The notes under the pieces were generated by a model, which was not told the DNA's origin, made no database searches, and saw only the letters and a program-made list of their open reading frames with translations. From a virus, in the IMG/VR virus record IMGVR_UViG_3300032323_002950, positions 8,497 through 72,496 of that record: a stretch of DNA of 64,000 bases; one strand, given 5' to 3'. Shown piece after piece: positions 21,497-32,100 of this stretch. The position numbers and the translations under genes were made by a program. The number at the start of each line of letters is the position of its first letter. Position 1 is the first letter of the stretch.

Positions 21497-22054
21497 ATGA
21501 AATTTGAAAAAATAACAAACGAAATTTTAGACAAAATTGATTTAGAAAAATTGTCTAAAAAAATAAAAAATGATGAACACAGAACTTATTTTTTGGATAA
21601 ATCATCTAAGGAACATTATAGACTTTTATCTCATATCTCTGAAACAAACAATAAAACTTATTTTTTGGATGTTGGTACCTTTAAAGGGTTATCCGCATTG
21701 GCTTTGGCTAAAAATAAAAGTAATTTTGTGTACTCATTTAATTTAACACCTCAATTGGATTTAGAAAAGTTACCAAAAAATGTTGAGTTTATTATCGGAA
21801 ACATTATCGATGGTAACTACAAAAAAATGATACTAAAATGTAAATACATATTGTTAGATACACAACATACTGGAGAGTTTGAAATTGAATTTTATAATTA
21901 TTTAAAAGATATAAAATATAATGGTTATCTTATTTTAGATGACATAAAATTAAACAAGGAGATGATTGATTTTTGGAATTTAATTGACCTACCTAAAAAA
22001 GATATATCATTTTTAGGACACTCAACCGGAACCGGAGTTGTTTTTTTTAATTAA
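21497..22054 (+). CDS. Class I SAM methyltransferase
   Basis: LDVGTFKGLSA, LLDTQH, LILDDI. Confidence 0.8.
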   Translation: MKFEKITNEILDKIDLEKLSKKIKNDEHRTYFLDKSSKEHYRLLSHISETNNKTYFLDVGTFKGLSALALAKNKSNFVYSFNLTPQLDLEKLPKNVEFIIGNIIDGNYKKMILKCKYILLDTQHTGEFEIEFYNYLKDIKYNGYLILDDIKLNKEMIDFWNLIDLPKKDISFLGHSTGTGVVFFN

Positions 22055-22063
22055 AGTTAATTT

Positions 22064-22555
22064 ATGGATATTATAAAATATAAGGACAATATATACCCAA
22101 ATTTCCAATCTTTGGGTAATGCCGCTCAATTTGCCATACCATATGCAAAACATGTTTGTATCGGTAAAGGATATGATGTAGGTTGTATGAAAGAGGAATG
22201 GTCATTCCCAAATTCAATACCCATTGATTTATCATTTAACAATGAATGGCACGCAACTAATTTACCTGAAAAAAATGTTGATTACATTTTTTCTAGTCAC
22301 TGCTTAGAACATATAACTGATTGGGTTAGTGTTATGGATTATTGGTATGATACTTTAAAAAATGGAGGGGTTTTATTTCTATATTTACCTGATTATTCTC
22401 AGGTTTACTGGAGACCATGGAACAATAGAAAACATGTTAATATTTTAAATTCAGAGATTTTAAATGATTACATGTTAGATAAAGGATATAAGAATATATT
22501 TAAATCACAAGTAGATTTGAATAATTCTTTTATGATATTTGGCGAAAAAAAATAA
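22064..22555 (+). CDS. Class I SAM methyltransferase (Methyltransf_11-like)
   Basis: GYDVGC, DYIFSSHCLEH, LKNGGVLFLYLP. Confidence 0.85.
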   Translation: MDIIKYKDNIYPNFQSLGNAAQFAIPYAKHVCIGKGYDVGCMKEEWSFPNSIPIDLSFNNEWHATNLPEKNVDYIFSSHCLEHITDWVSVMDYWYDTLKNGGVLFLYLPDYSQVYWRPWNNRKHVNILNSEILNDYMLDKGYKNIFKSQVDLNNSFMIFGEKK

Positions 22556-22558
22556 TTT

Positions 22559-23158
22559 ATGGCAAACATTACAGAATTAATTGATGTATTAAATGTAAAG
22601 AAAAAATATAATTTAAATTTCTTTATTGAAACCGGTACAGGTATGGGTGAGAGTATTGAAAAAATAAAAGACATTGATTTTAATTTAATACAAAGTTGTG
22701 AAATAGAACCATCACAATTTGAAATTTTATGTAAAAAATTTATCGGGGATAATATAAAAATTCATTTGGGTAAATCTACAGAATGTTTACCAAAAATGAT
22801 TGGGAATATTGATGGTCCCTCTTTATTTTTTTTAGATGCTCATTTTCCTGGACAAGGCTATGTGACAAATGATTTTATTACCTCTAAATATACATTGGAT
22901 GAAACAATACCTTTAAAATTGGAATTAAATATTTTAGAAAACTGGAAACACATTAAAGAAAGTGTGGTAGTAATTGATGATTTAAGAATATACAAAAAAA
23001 ATAACTATGTTACAGGTGATTGGGAATATGGTAGAGAAGAGCTACTCAAAAATCCTGACCCATCTTTTTTGGACGATTTTCTTAAAGAGTCCCATGAAAA
23101 AATAGAGTCTAATATACAACAAGGTTGTGTTTATTATTACCCCAAACAAAAAATATGA
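22559..23158 (+). CDS. Putative SAM methyltransferase
   Basis: FIETGTGMG, GKS, FFLDAH, VIDDLR. Confidence 0.75.
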   Translation: MANITELIDVLNVKKKYNLNFFIETGTGMGESIEKIKDIDFNLIQSCEIEPSQFEILCKKFIGDNIKIHLGKSTECLPKMIGNIDGPSLFFLDAHFPGQGYVTNDFITSKYTLDETIPLKLELNILENWKHIKESVVVIDDLRIYKKNNYVTGDWEYGREELLKNPDPSFLDDFLKESHEKIESNIQQGCVYYYPKQKI

Positions 23159-23832
23159 AATTTTCGCATAAAAGAACCGGAACAATTGGGGATTTAGCAA
23201 CTTCTTTTCCAATATTATCATCACTATCAAAAAAAGTTGGACCAATAAATCTAACTCTACCAATATTATATGATAATTCCAATTTTAATGGATTTAAAGA
23301 ATTTTTAGAATATCAAGATTTTATAGGTTCTGTGGATTTTGATGACGAAGAAGCGGATTTTGATTTACAATGTCATCCAATATATACAGATGGGAATAAA
23401 ATACCTGTACAGACATATTATGTAAAAGATAAAATAAAAAAAGAATTGGGTATTGATATTGAGGTCGATTATAACCTTAAACTAAAGGTACCTTATTTAA
23501 AGGTACCTGATGATATAAAAAATAAGAATATAATCGTAGATAGAGTCAAAACTCAAGTTTTAAAAAAAACAAAAATGTTCGATGATGATAATAAAAATTA
23601 TTGGATATTGCCTACAATACCATCTGAGTCTATGGGAAATACATTAATTTATAACATTAATGTTTGTATTCAGACTACAAAAGATTTAATAGTAACACCC
23701 ACAGGATTACCTATAATCCTACAATTTTTTGATAAACCAATGAAAATATATCAATTAGACCGACCAGGAGAATTGGCTAAAGATTTCGCCTATTTCCCTG
23801 AAAATAAAAATTTAACATTTATAAAATTATGA
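23155..23832 (+). CDS. Putative GT9-like glycosyltransferase
   Basis: Probable start is ATG 23155 (ATGA overlap with the upstream stop); N-terminal GTIGDL and C-terminal TGLP resemble GT9 motifs. Confidence 0.4.
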   Translation: MKFSHKRTGTIGDLATSFPILSSLSKKVGPINLTLPILYDNSNFNGFKEFLEYQDFIGSVDFDDEEADFDLQCHPIYTDGNKIPVQTYYVKDKIKKELGIDIEVDYNLKLKVPYLKVPDDIKNKNIIVDRVKTQVLKKTKMFDDDNKNYWILPTIPSESMGNTLIYNINVCIQTTKDLIVTPTGLPIILQFFDKPMKIYQLDRPGELAKDFAYFPENKNLTFIKL

Positions 23833-24818
23833 AAAAACAAATAAGAATAACTAGAAGTGGTTTTCCAGGAGTGGGACAATGGTCATGGATTAATTTTTTC
23901 AGAGATATTTTGAGCGAAAAATATGAAGTAATAGTAGATTCTGAAAATCCTGATATAATTTTTATCACTAATTTACATTACGATGAAAACGAAATAGACC
24001 CTTATACAGGTTCTAAACACCCTAAAATTCATGAACATCCGAATGCCAAAAAAGTTTTTATTAGTGGTGAGGTTTCTGATGGAATGAATTATGTTAACGC
24101 TGGAGAAAATTGGTACGCTTTAGGATATCAACCATATAAACACGATAGATTTTTAAGATTCCCAACATATGTTTTGGATGCATTTACATTACATAATGAG
24201 GGGGGTATGTTTGATTCTCCATTTGGGTGGATAACTAAAAAACGAAATTATGAAGAAACTATTAAGACAAAAAAACATTTCTGCTCAATAGTACAAGCAA
24301 GTTTTAATGAGATTAGAGATAAAATATTTGATGAGATAGAAAAAAAATACTATATAAAAAGTTCAGGACCGTATAGACCAACTATAAAAGAAGAAGAACA
24401 TTTAAATAAACTTAAATATCATGATTACTCCAACAAAGAATATTTGGGAAAAATAGATGGTTTAACATACAGGGACAAAGTAAATTTTTTTTCAGATTCT
24501 ATTTTCAATATATCGGTACAACTTACAGATGCTGATTATTTAACCCAAGAAAAAATAATACACGCGTTTGCCGCAAATTGCATACCTATTTATCACGGTA
24601 ACAGATATATTTTACAGGAGGGATTTAATCCTGAATCTTTTGTAAATGTGTTTGATTTTGAAAATTATCAGGATTTATTTGAAAGATTAGACCAAATTTA
24701 CACAGACAAAAACCTATTAAAAAAATATTTAGAATCTCCAATTTTTGTTGATAACAAACTACCAATTTATTTTGATAGGGAATATGTCCTAAACTTTTTT
24801 GAAAAAATGATAGAATGA
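23829..24818 (+). CDS. GT10 alpha-1,3/4-fucosyltransferase-like
   Basis: KKHFCSIV, DYLTQEKIIHAFAANCIPIYHG, FNPESFVN (alpha-1,3-FucT motif). Confidence 0.85.
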   Translation: MKKQIRITRSGFPGVGQWSWINFFRDILSEKYEVIVDSENPDIIFITNLHYDENEIDPYTGSKHPKIHEHPNAKKVFISGEVSDGMNYVNAGENWYALGYQPYKHDRFLRFPTYVLDAFTLHNEGGMFDSPFGWITKKRNYEETIKTKKHFCSIVQASFNEIRDKIFDEIEKKYYIKSSGPYRPTIKEEEHLNKLKYHDYSNKEYLGKIDGLTYRDKVNFFSDSIFNISVQLTDADYLTQEKIIHAFAANCIPIYHGNRYILQEGFNPESFVNVFDFENYQDLFERLDQIYTDKNLLKKYLESPIFVDNKLPIYFDREYVLNFFEKMIE

Positions 24819-25486
24819 ATTACGTATCTTTTTGTCTTTATGGTGATGACCCAAAATACTACATTGGAGCAGAACGGAACCTTGAAATGATTAATGAATT
24901 ACTACCAGAATGGGAGACACTAATATATTATTCTCCAAATAATTTTTTAAGTGAATATTTAGAAAAATTAATAACTTTGGGGGCTAAAATGATTAATGTT
25001 GAATCACATCCACTTAGAGAATTTTTAGGTTACCCTATGTTTTGGAGATATTTAGTTTTTTTTGAAACAGGTAATGCTATTATAAGAGATTTAGATAGTA
25101 GAATTTCACCAAGAGAAGTCTCCTATATTAATAATTGGTTGGAAAGTGATAGGGATTACTTTATTATTAGGGACCACCCATGGCACTCCCCAGTTCCAGG
25201 GGGGCTAGTTGGTTTAAAGATGAATAACTCAAATATAAAAGAATTTTTTAGTGATTTTGTTAAAAACAATGGTCTTAACTGGGGTGTCGACCAAGAGATG
25301 CTTTCTAAATATTTTGAATCAGTAGATAAATCTAATGTTTACTATTGTGGTTTTGATGACCAAACAAACTATATACGTAGAGATAATGAAAATTTTTTTA
25401 TAGGTATTCAATTAGATGAGAATGATAATCCAATAATCCCAAGCGCAACTTTGGCAATAGATTTTTTAAAAAGTATGAGACTATGA
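24815..25486 (+). CDS. Putative glycosyltransferase, paralog of 6103..6753
   Basis: VSFCLYG, MFWRY, IRDLDSR, IRDHPWH, GGLVG, VDQEML. Confidence 0.6.
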   Translation: MNYVSFCLYGDDPKYYIGAERNLEMINELLPEWETLIYYSPNNFLSEYLEKLITLGAKMINVESHPLREFLGYPMFWRYLVFFETGNAIIRDLDSRISPREVSYINNWLESDRDYFIIRDHPWHSPVPGGLVGLKMNNSNIKEFFSDFVKNNGLNWGVDQEMLSKYFESVDKSNVYYCGFDDQTNYIRRDNENFFIGIQLDENDNPIIPSATLAIDFLKSMRL

Positions 25487-26373
25487 AATTAAACGATGAT
25501 ATTTTAAAAAATTATGATATTTTGTTATTATTCACTAGTCAAACTGGTTTAGGTGACAACTATGGATGTTTAATATCCGCCTCTGAAAGTTATGTTAAAT
25601 TAAAAGAGAATGGACTCAGAGTCGTTTCAATCTCTAATCAAGAGTTTGACCTAAAATTACCGGGTAAACCTAGTTTGAGCGACTATCAAAATTTGTTCAA
25701 TTATGATTTTTTTGAAAATAATATTTTCTTCACATTTGAAAATTTTACTTGGGTTAATGAGAGACCATACAATGAGGATTTAAATTCATTGTACAATCAT
25801 TACCTTAATATTAATCATTCTCATCACATTTACATAAATAAAAATTGTAATTTTAATGAAGTTAAAGAAATTATAGATTCTTGTAATATTTTAGGATATT
25901 CTCACGAGTTGATTTCTAATTTAGAAATCAACACACCCATAAAATTTACTAGTTTAATAAATAAAGATATAGAATATAACTCTAGTTTGATTTCCTCAAA
26001 ATATAAAAAAATAATAGGTTTTCACGTTAGATTACCCGATGGTGGTAATTTGTATGATAATTTAAATGACACTATTAGTAATGAAGTAAAAAAAATAATT
26101 AATCAAAATAATGACTCTCATTTTTTAATTTCAGGAAAAGGACTTAATTTTGATAATTTTGAAATTGATTCAAATAAGTTCATAAAAATAGACAAAAAGT
26201 ATAGTGAGGATAAAATTGAAAATTTAAAATATGACTTATTAGAAATGTCATTATTCTCTTATTGTCATGAAATATACACCTATTGTACTTGGAAAAGTGC
26301 CTTTATGACATATCCAATATTACATAACAGACAAAATAAAAACTATAGAGAATTAATTAAATCTTTACTATGA
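25483..26373 (+). CDS. Putative fucosyltransferase-fold protein (GT11/GT23/O-FucT-like)
   Basis: GLGD, IIGFHVR, DLLEMSLFSYC, SAF. Confidence 0.55.
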   Translation: MKLNDDILKNYDILLLFTSQTGLGDNYGCLISASESYVKLKENGLRVVSISNQEFDLKLPGKPSLSDYQNLFNYDFFENNIFFTFENFTWVNERPYNEDLNSLYNHYLNINHSHHIYINKNCNFNEVKEIIDSCNILGYSHELISNLEINTPIKFTSLINKDIEYNSSLISSKYKKIIGFHVRLPDGGNLYDNLNDTISNEVKKIINQNNDSHFLISGKGLNFDNFEIDSNKFIKIDKKYSEDKIENLKYDLLEMSLFSYCHEIYTYCTWKSAFMTYPILHNRQNKNYRELIKSLL

Positions 26374-27083
26374 AATATGTTTATTGTACTGTCGCTGTTG
26401 GCGACAGGTATTACAAATCGGCCGTAAAGTTCGCAAAAGACCTGAACAAAAAAACTAAAGACCATCATGTGTTAATAGTTACTGACCAAAAATTAAAAAA
26501 AATTAAAAATACAACATTTTTAAAACTACCAAAAGAAGAAATAAAATTCTACCCGAATGGATGTTTTAATTATAATCTAAAGTATTTCCCGATTAAATGT
26601 GCTATTGATTTAAAACCTAAATTTATATTGTTTTTTGATTCTGATTGGATAATAGATGAAAATTACCATCAGGAAAAAATTGACAAATTTTTAAATTTTT
26701 TTGAAATAAGTGAATACGACTTTATTTTTGAAAGACCTCATGGTATTGGGGAAAGTAAAAAAGATTGGAACAATTGTTTTTGGAGGCATAAAATAGAACC
26801 TTATAAACTTATGGAAACTGACTTTTATGATAAAGGTCACGTATGTAATGAACAATTTTTAGCTTTCAAAAACAATAAGAAATTAAAAATATTTGTTAAA
26901 GCTTGGAAAAAAAGAAATAATTTCTCAATTGAAAACAACATTTGGCCATTTGCGGAAGGGTTAGAAATTGGAATGTCTTCTATTGATGCTGAAATGAATT
27001 TTACGATAGATGGTATGTATTTGTTAAATTCTTGCTTTAAATTTTATTCAAATAGTTCTGACATACCATTAACAAGATTTTAG
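26370..27083 (+). CDS. Putative GT-A glycosyltransferase
   Basis: YCTVAVGDRY, LIVTD, FFDSD (DxD), AEG. Confidence 0.5.
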   Translation: MKYVYCTVAVGDRYYKSAVKFAKDLNKKTKDHHVLIVTDQKLKKIKNTTFLKLPKEEIKFYPNGCFNYNLKYFPIKCAIDLKPKFILFFDSDWIIDENYHQEKIDKFLNFFEISEYDFIFERPHGIGESKKDWNNCFWRHKIEPYKLMETDFYDKGHVCNEQFLAFKNNKKLKIFVKAWKKRNNFSIENNIWPFAEGLEIGMSSIDAEMNFTIDGMYLLNSCFKFYSNSSDIPLTRF

Positions 27084-27096
27084 AATAAATTAAAAT

Positions 27097-28764
27097 ATGA
27101 AAATAACATTAGTAACAGGTTTATGGGATATTGGTAGAGACCAATTAGATGAAGGATGGTCAAGAAATTACCAACATTATTTAGATAAATTATCACAATT
27201 ATTATCCGTTGAAAATAATTTAATAATATTTGGGGATTCTGAATTGGAAGAATTTGTATTCAAAAAAAGAACCCACAATAACACTCAATTTATTTTAAGA
27301 CAGTTATCATGGTTTAAAGAAAATCCATATTTTGAAAAAATTCAAAAAATTAGGAGTAATGATAATTGGTTATCACAATCAGGATGGTTAAAAGAATCAA
27401 CACAAGCCAAATTAGAATTATATAATCCATTAGTAATGTCTAAAATGTTTCTTTTAAATGACGCAAAAATTTTAGATAAATTTAATTCTGAAATGTTATT
27501 TTGGATTGATGGTGGCATAACAAACACGGTACATCCCGGATACTTTACACACGATAAGGTATTAGATAAAATATACGATTTGACCAATGATTTTATGTTT
27601 ATCTGTTTTCCATATGATGCTGAAAAAGAAATTCATGGGTTTTCTTATCCTGAAATAAATAACTGGGCGGAAGAAGACATTAAATTAGTTGCACGGGGAG
27701 GATTTTTTGGCGGAAAAAAAGAAAATATTACTGAACTAAACTCCATATATTATGGATTATTAAATGAGACATTAGATAAAGGTTTAATGGGTACTGAGGA
27801 ATCAATATTTTCAATAATGACCTATAAATATCCAAAACTAATTACATATTATGAAATCGAAAATAATGGATTGATTGGTAAATTTTTTGAAGATATTAAA
27901 AATAATAACGGAATCCCAAAAAAAATAAAACCCACTAAACAAATAACAAATTTATCAAAAATTGGTTTATATGTTATTGGATTTAATAGTCCAAATCAAT
28001 TAAAGACGCTTATTCAATCTTTTGTTGATTATGATTTTAATTTTTTAAATGAACCTAAAAAATATCTGTTAAACAATTCAACTGATAGGTCAACAGACGA
28101 GGAATATATTAGAATATGTGAACAACATGAATTTGAAATAATTTGGAAACATGAAAATTTAGGGATATGTGGTGGGAGACAATTCATTGCTGAACACTTT
28201 GATTCAACAGACTTGGATGGATATTTCTTTTTTGAAGACGATATGTTCTTTTATCCAAAAAAAGGAGAAGTTTGCAGAAATGGATTTAATAGATATATTG
28301 ATGACTTATATGAAAAAGTTATTGAGATAACTGAAAAAGAAAATTTTGATTTTTTAAAACTTAATTTTTCTGAATTTTTTGGTGACAACTCAACACAGTG
28401 GTCTTGGTATAATGTGCCCCAAGTTGTTAGAGAAGAATATTTCCCAAATAATAAAAAACTACCTGAACAAGGATTAGACCCAAACGCCCCAAGAACAAAA
28501 TATAATACGATTAAAACCCATAAAGGGTTACCATATGCAGATGGAGATGTATTTTATTGTAATTGGCCTCAAATTGTGACAAGAAAAGGAAATAAAAAAA
28601 TGTTTTTAGAAACAACATGGGCTCACCCATTTGAACAAACATGGATGAGTCACATGTTCCAAGAAACTAAAAAAGGTAAATTATACCCTGGTATTCTTTT
28701 ACTCACACCTACTGAACATGATAGGTATGAACATTATGACAGGAGTATAAGAAAGGAGAGCTGA
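27097..28764 (+). CDS. HtrL/YibB-like domain fused to a GT2-like domain
   Basis: ITLVTGLWDIGR, YNPLVMSK, FWIDGG, GGFFGG, GTEE; second domain NLGICGGR, FFEDD. Confidence 0.75.
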   Translation: MKITLVTGLWDIGRDQLDEGWSRNYQHYLDKLSQLLSVENNLIIFGDSELEEFVFKKRTHNNTQFILRQLSWFKENPYFEKIQKIRSNDNWLSQSGWLKESTQAKLELYNPLVMSKMFLLNDAKILDKFNSEMLFWIDGGITNTVHPGYFTHDKVLDKIYDLTNDFMFICFPYDAEKEIHGFSYPEINNWAEEDIKLVARGGFFGGKKENITELNSIYYGLLNETLDKGLMGTEESIFSIMTYKYPKLITYYEIENNGLIGKFFEDIKNNNGIPKKIKPTKQITNLSKIGLYVIGFNSPNQLKTLIQSFVDYDFNFLNEPKKYLLNNSTDRSTDEEYIRICEQHEFEIIWKHENLGICGGRQFIAEHFDSTDLDGYFFFEDDMFFYPKKGEVCRNGFNRYIDDLYEKVIEITEKENFDFLKLNFSEFFGDNSTQWSWYNVPQVVREEYFPNNKKLPEQGLDPNAPRTKYNTIKTHKGLPYADGDVFYCNWPQIVTRKGNKKMFLETTWAHPFEQTWMSHMFQETKKGKLYPGILLLTPTEHDRYEHYDRSIRKES

Positions 28765-28791
28765 TTATCATTTTTGGCGTATTTATTTAAT

Positions 28792-29145
28792 ATGGAATTT
28801 TTTATTAAAAAAAACGCCACTCTCCCACTTCTAAAAATGCAAATAGTTAAGGATGGTGAAAGCTCGTTGGATAATTTTTCTGACGTTATTGAAACTGCTT
28901 TGATTTATTTTTCTATGAAAGATACTTTGGATGGAAGACAGGTTATACTTAATAAAAAGGGAGGGTTTGTTGAGAAGGTATTTATTGAACCAAATGCAAA
29001 ATTAGAGTATTATATCTACTATAAATTTTCTAAGTTTGATACTCGTCAGATTGGAAAATTTGAAGCGGAATTTACTTTAATTACTGACGAAGGTGACTAT
29101 ATTTTACCACATAGGGAAAAATTATATATTAATATTACTAATTGA
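28792..29145 (+). CDS. Small putative virion adaptor (BppU-N-like beta domain)
   Basis: Likely start is ATG 28792, 5 nt after TATTTAT; [17 protein letters not shown]...[18 protein letters not shown]. Confidence 0.55.
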   Translation: MEFFIKKNATLPLLKMQIVKDGESSLDNFSDVIETALIYFSMKDTLDGRQVILNKKGGFVEKVFIEPNAKLEYYIYYKFSKFDTRQIGKFEAEFTLITDEGDYILPHREKLYINITN

Positions 29146-32100
29146 TGGAGTTCATTATAAGTCAAAATTCAACGTTATCTAAATTACGAATTGAGGTCAC
29201 AAAAGACGGCAGGTCAGACTATGACAGACTTTCCAATCTATCAAATACAAGTAATATAACCTTAGATTTAATTAATACTGATAACGGATTAGTGTATTTG
29301 TCTAATCTTACTTGTAGTGTTGTTAGTGAAATCAATCAATTAAATAGTTCAGAAACTTTATATTTTATAGAGTACCAATTTTCAAAAAATCAAACTTCAC
29401 AGGTTGGGACTTATGAAATAATTATTACAATTGTAGACTCACAAGGAACGGTTAAATTAGATTTAAGTGGTAAAAATTATCTAACAATACAAGATAGTTT
29501 TTCATTAGATGGTTACGGACCAACAACAGGAACAACTACTGACCAACCATGTTGTGTCGATGAGTTTGGCATTCCAACAAAAACTCCTACTCCATCCCCA
29601 TCAATAACACCAAGTATTACACCTTCAATAAGTCTATCTCCGTCAATAACCCCTACAAATACAATTACCCCAACAATAACAATATCAAATAGCCCAACAA
29701 AAACTCCTACTCCATCCGTAACACAAACTAAAACTCCTACTCCATCCGTAACACAAACTAGTACTCTAACACCTACTACTACACAAACTCCAACAATTAC
29801 TAAAACATCAACTCAAACTCCAACAAATACTCCGTCAATAACAGTTAGTTCAACTCCTCCTGAAACTCCAGACCCATCAGGTACTCCGACTAATACACCA
29901 ACTTCAACAAATACCCCTACTCCAACTATTACCTCAACGGTTACTAATACACCGACTAATACCCCGACAGGTTCAGTAACTCCAACTATTACATCAACTA
30001 ATACTCAAACTCCTACTGTAACAAATACTTCTACCGTAACATCAACTCCACCTGAAACTCCTGACCCATCAGGTACTCCAACCAAAACTCCAACACCAAC
30101 TAATACCCAAACACCTACCAATACCCCTACCAGTACTGAAACACCTACGAATACTCCAACAAACACACAAACTCCCACTACTACGAATACTCCCACACAA
30201 ACTCCTACTGTAACAAATACTTCTACCGTAACATCAACTCCACCTGAAACTCCTGACCCATCAGGTACTCCCACCCAAACTCCAACTTCAACAAATACTC
30301 CTACTCCAACTATTACATCAACTATTACTCAAACTCCAACAGTGACTTCAACAGTGACTAATACTCCTACTATTACACCAACAAGTTCAGTGACCCCTAC
30401 TGTAACAAATACTTCTACTGTAACATCGACTGTTTCTGCAACTCCTGACCCATCAGGTACTCCAACCCAAACTCCAACTAGTACAGTTACTCCTACCCCA
30501 ACAGTGACTTCAACGGTTACCAATACTCCCACTATCACACCAACAGGTTCAGTAACTCCAACTATTACATCAACTAATACTCAAACTCCGACCAACACTC
30601 AAACTCTAACAGTTAGTTCAACTCCGCCTGAAACTCCTGACCCATCAAATAGTCCAACTCAGACACCTACCTCTACTCCAACAATAACTCCATCTGAAAC
30701 ACCCACTCAAACTCCGACTAATACTCAAACTACAACATCGACTTTAACACCGACTCAAACTCAGACATCAACTTTAACACCAACAATTTCAGTATCCCCA
30801 ACTCAGACCCCCACTAATACACCAACACTGACTCCGTCTGAAACCCCACCTGAAACCCCACCTGAAACCCTAACACCCACACCAACCCAAACTCCAACTT
30901 CTACAATTACACCAACATTGACACCTACTTCTACAATTACTCCAACAATAACTCAGACTCAGACACCAACATCAACTTCAACACAAACTCCTACTCAAAC
31001 TCCTACTCCTGACCCATCAGGAACTCCGACTCAAACTCCAACTAACACTCAAACACCAACTAATACTCAAACACCAACGTCTACAATCACACCAACAATA
31101 ACTCCAACTAACACTCAAACACCAACAGTTACTTCGACAGTCAGTAATACCCCAATTGAAAGCTCAACCCCTACTCCAACTCCGACACCAACTATAACAC
31201 CAACTATAACCTCAACTTCCACACTAACACCAACAACAACTCAGACACCAACTATAACACCAACAACAACTCAGACACCAACTATAACACCAACCGTAAC
31301 TCAAACTCCACTATGTGATATGACTTTATTGTTATGGGGTGACCCTTCTAATCCAGGTTCAGGTACATTTTTAAATAATAATACCCAATTCACTTTTGAC
31401 ACTGGTGATTTAACATATTATAATACTATTTTACCAGAACAATCAGTAATTACTATACAATTTGTTGATAGGCAATCATATGCGACATTTGTGGTTACCT
31501 CAAAAGAAAATGTTACCGGAACACTAGTCTTATTAACCGGAGAGGGTACTATTGTCGGTAGTCCAAATGGTCAATATTTTGCGGCATGTCAGGTTGTGAA
31601 TGAAACTAAAACTCCGACCCCAACGTCAACTCAAACACCGACACCAACACCTACTCAAACTCCAACAATAACTCCAACTTCTACAATTACTCCAACTTCT
31701 ACAATTACACCAACTCAAACCCCAACTTCTACAATTACACCAACTCAAACACAAACTTCTACAATTACACCAACTCAAACACAAACTTCAACACCGACTC
31801 AAACTCCAACTCAGACACAAACTCCAACTCAGACACAAACTCCAACTCAGACACAAACCCCAACTCAAACTCAAACTCAAACACCAACTTCTACAGTTAC
31901 ACCTACACAAACTCAAACTTCAACACCAACTCAAACCCCAACTCAAACTCAAACCCCAACTCAAACTCAAACTCCAACTCAAACTCCAACTCCAACCTCT
32001 ACTCAAACTCCAACTCAAACTCCAACTCCAACCTCTACTCAAACTCCAACTCAAACTCCGACAAGTACAATTACTCCAACCATTACACCTACCCAAACTC

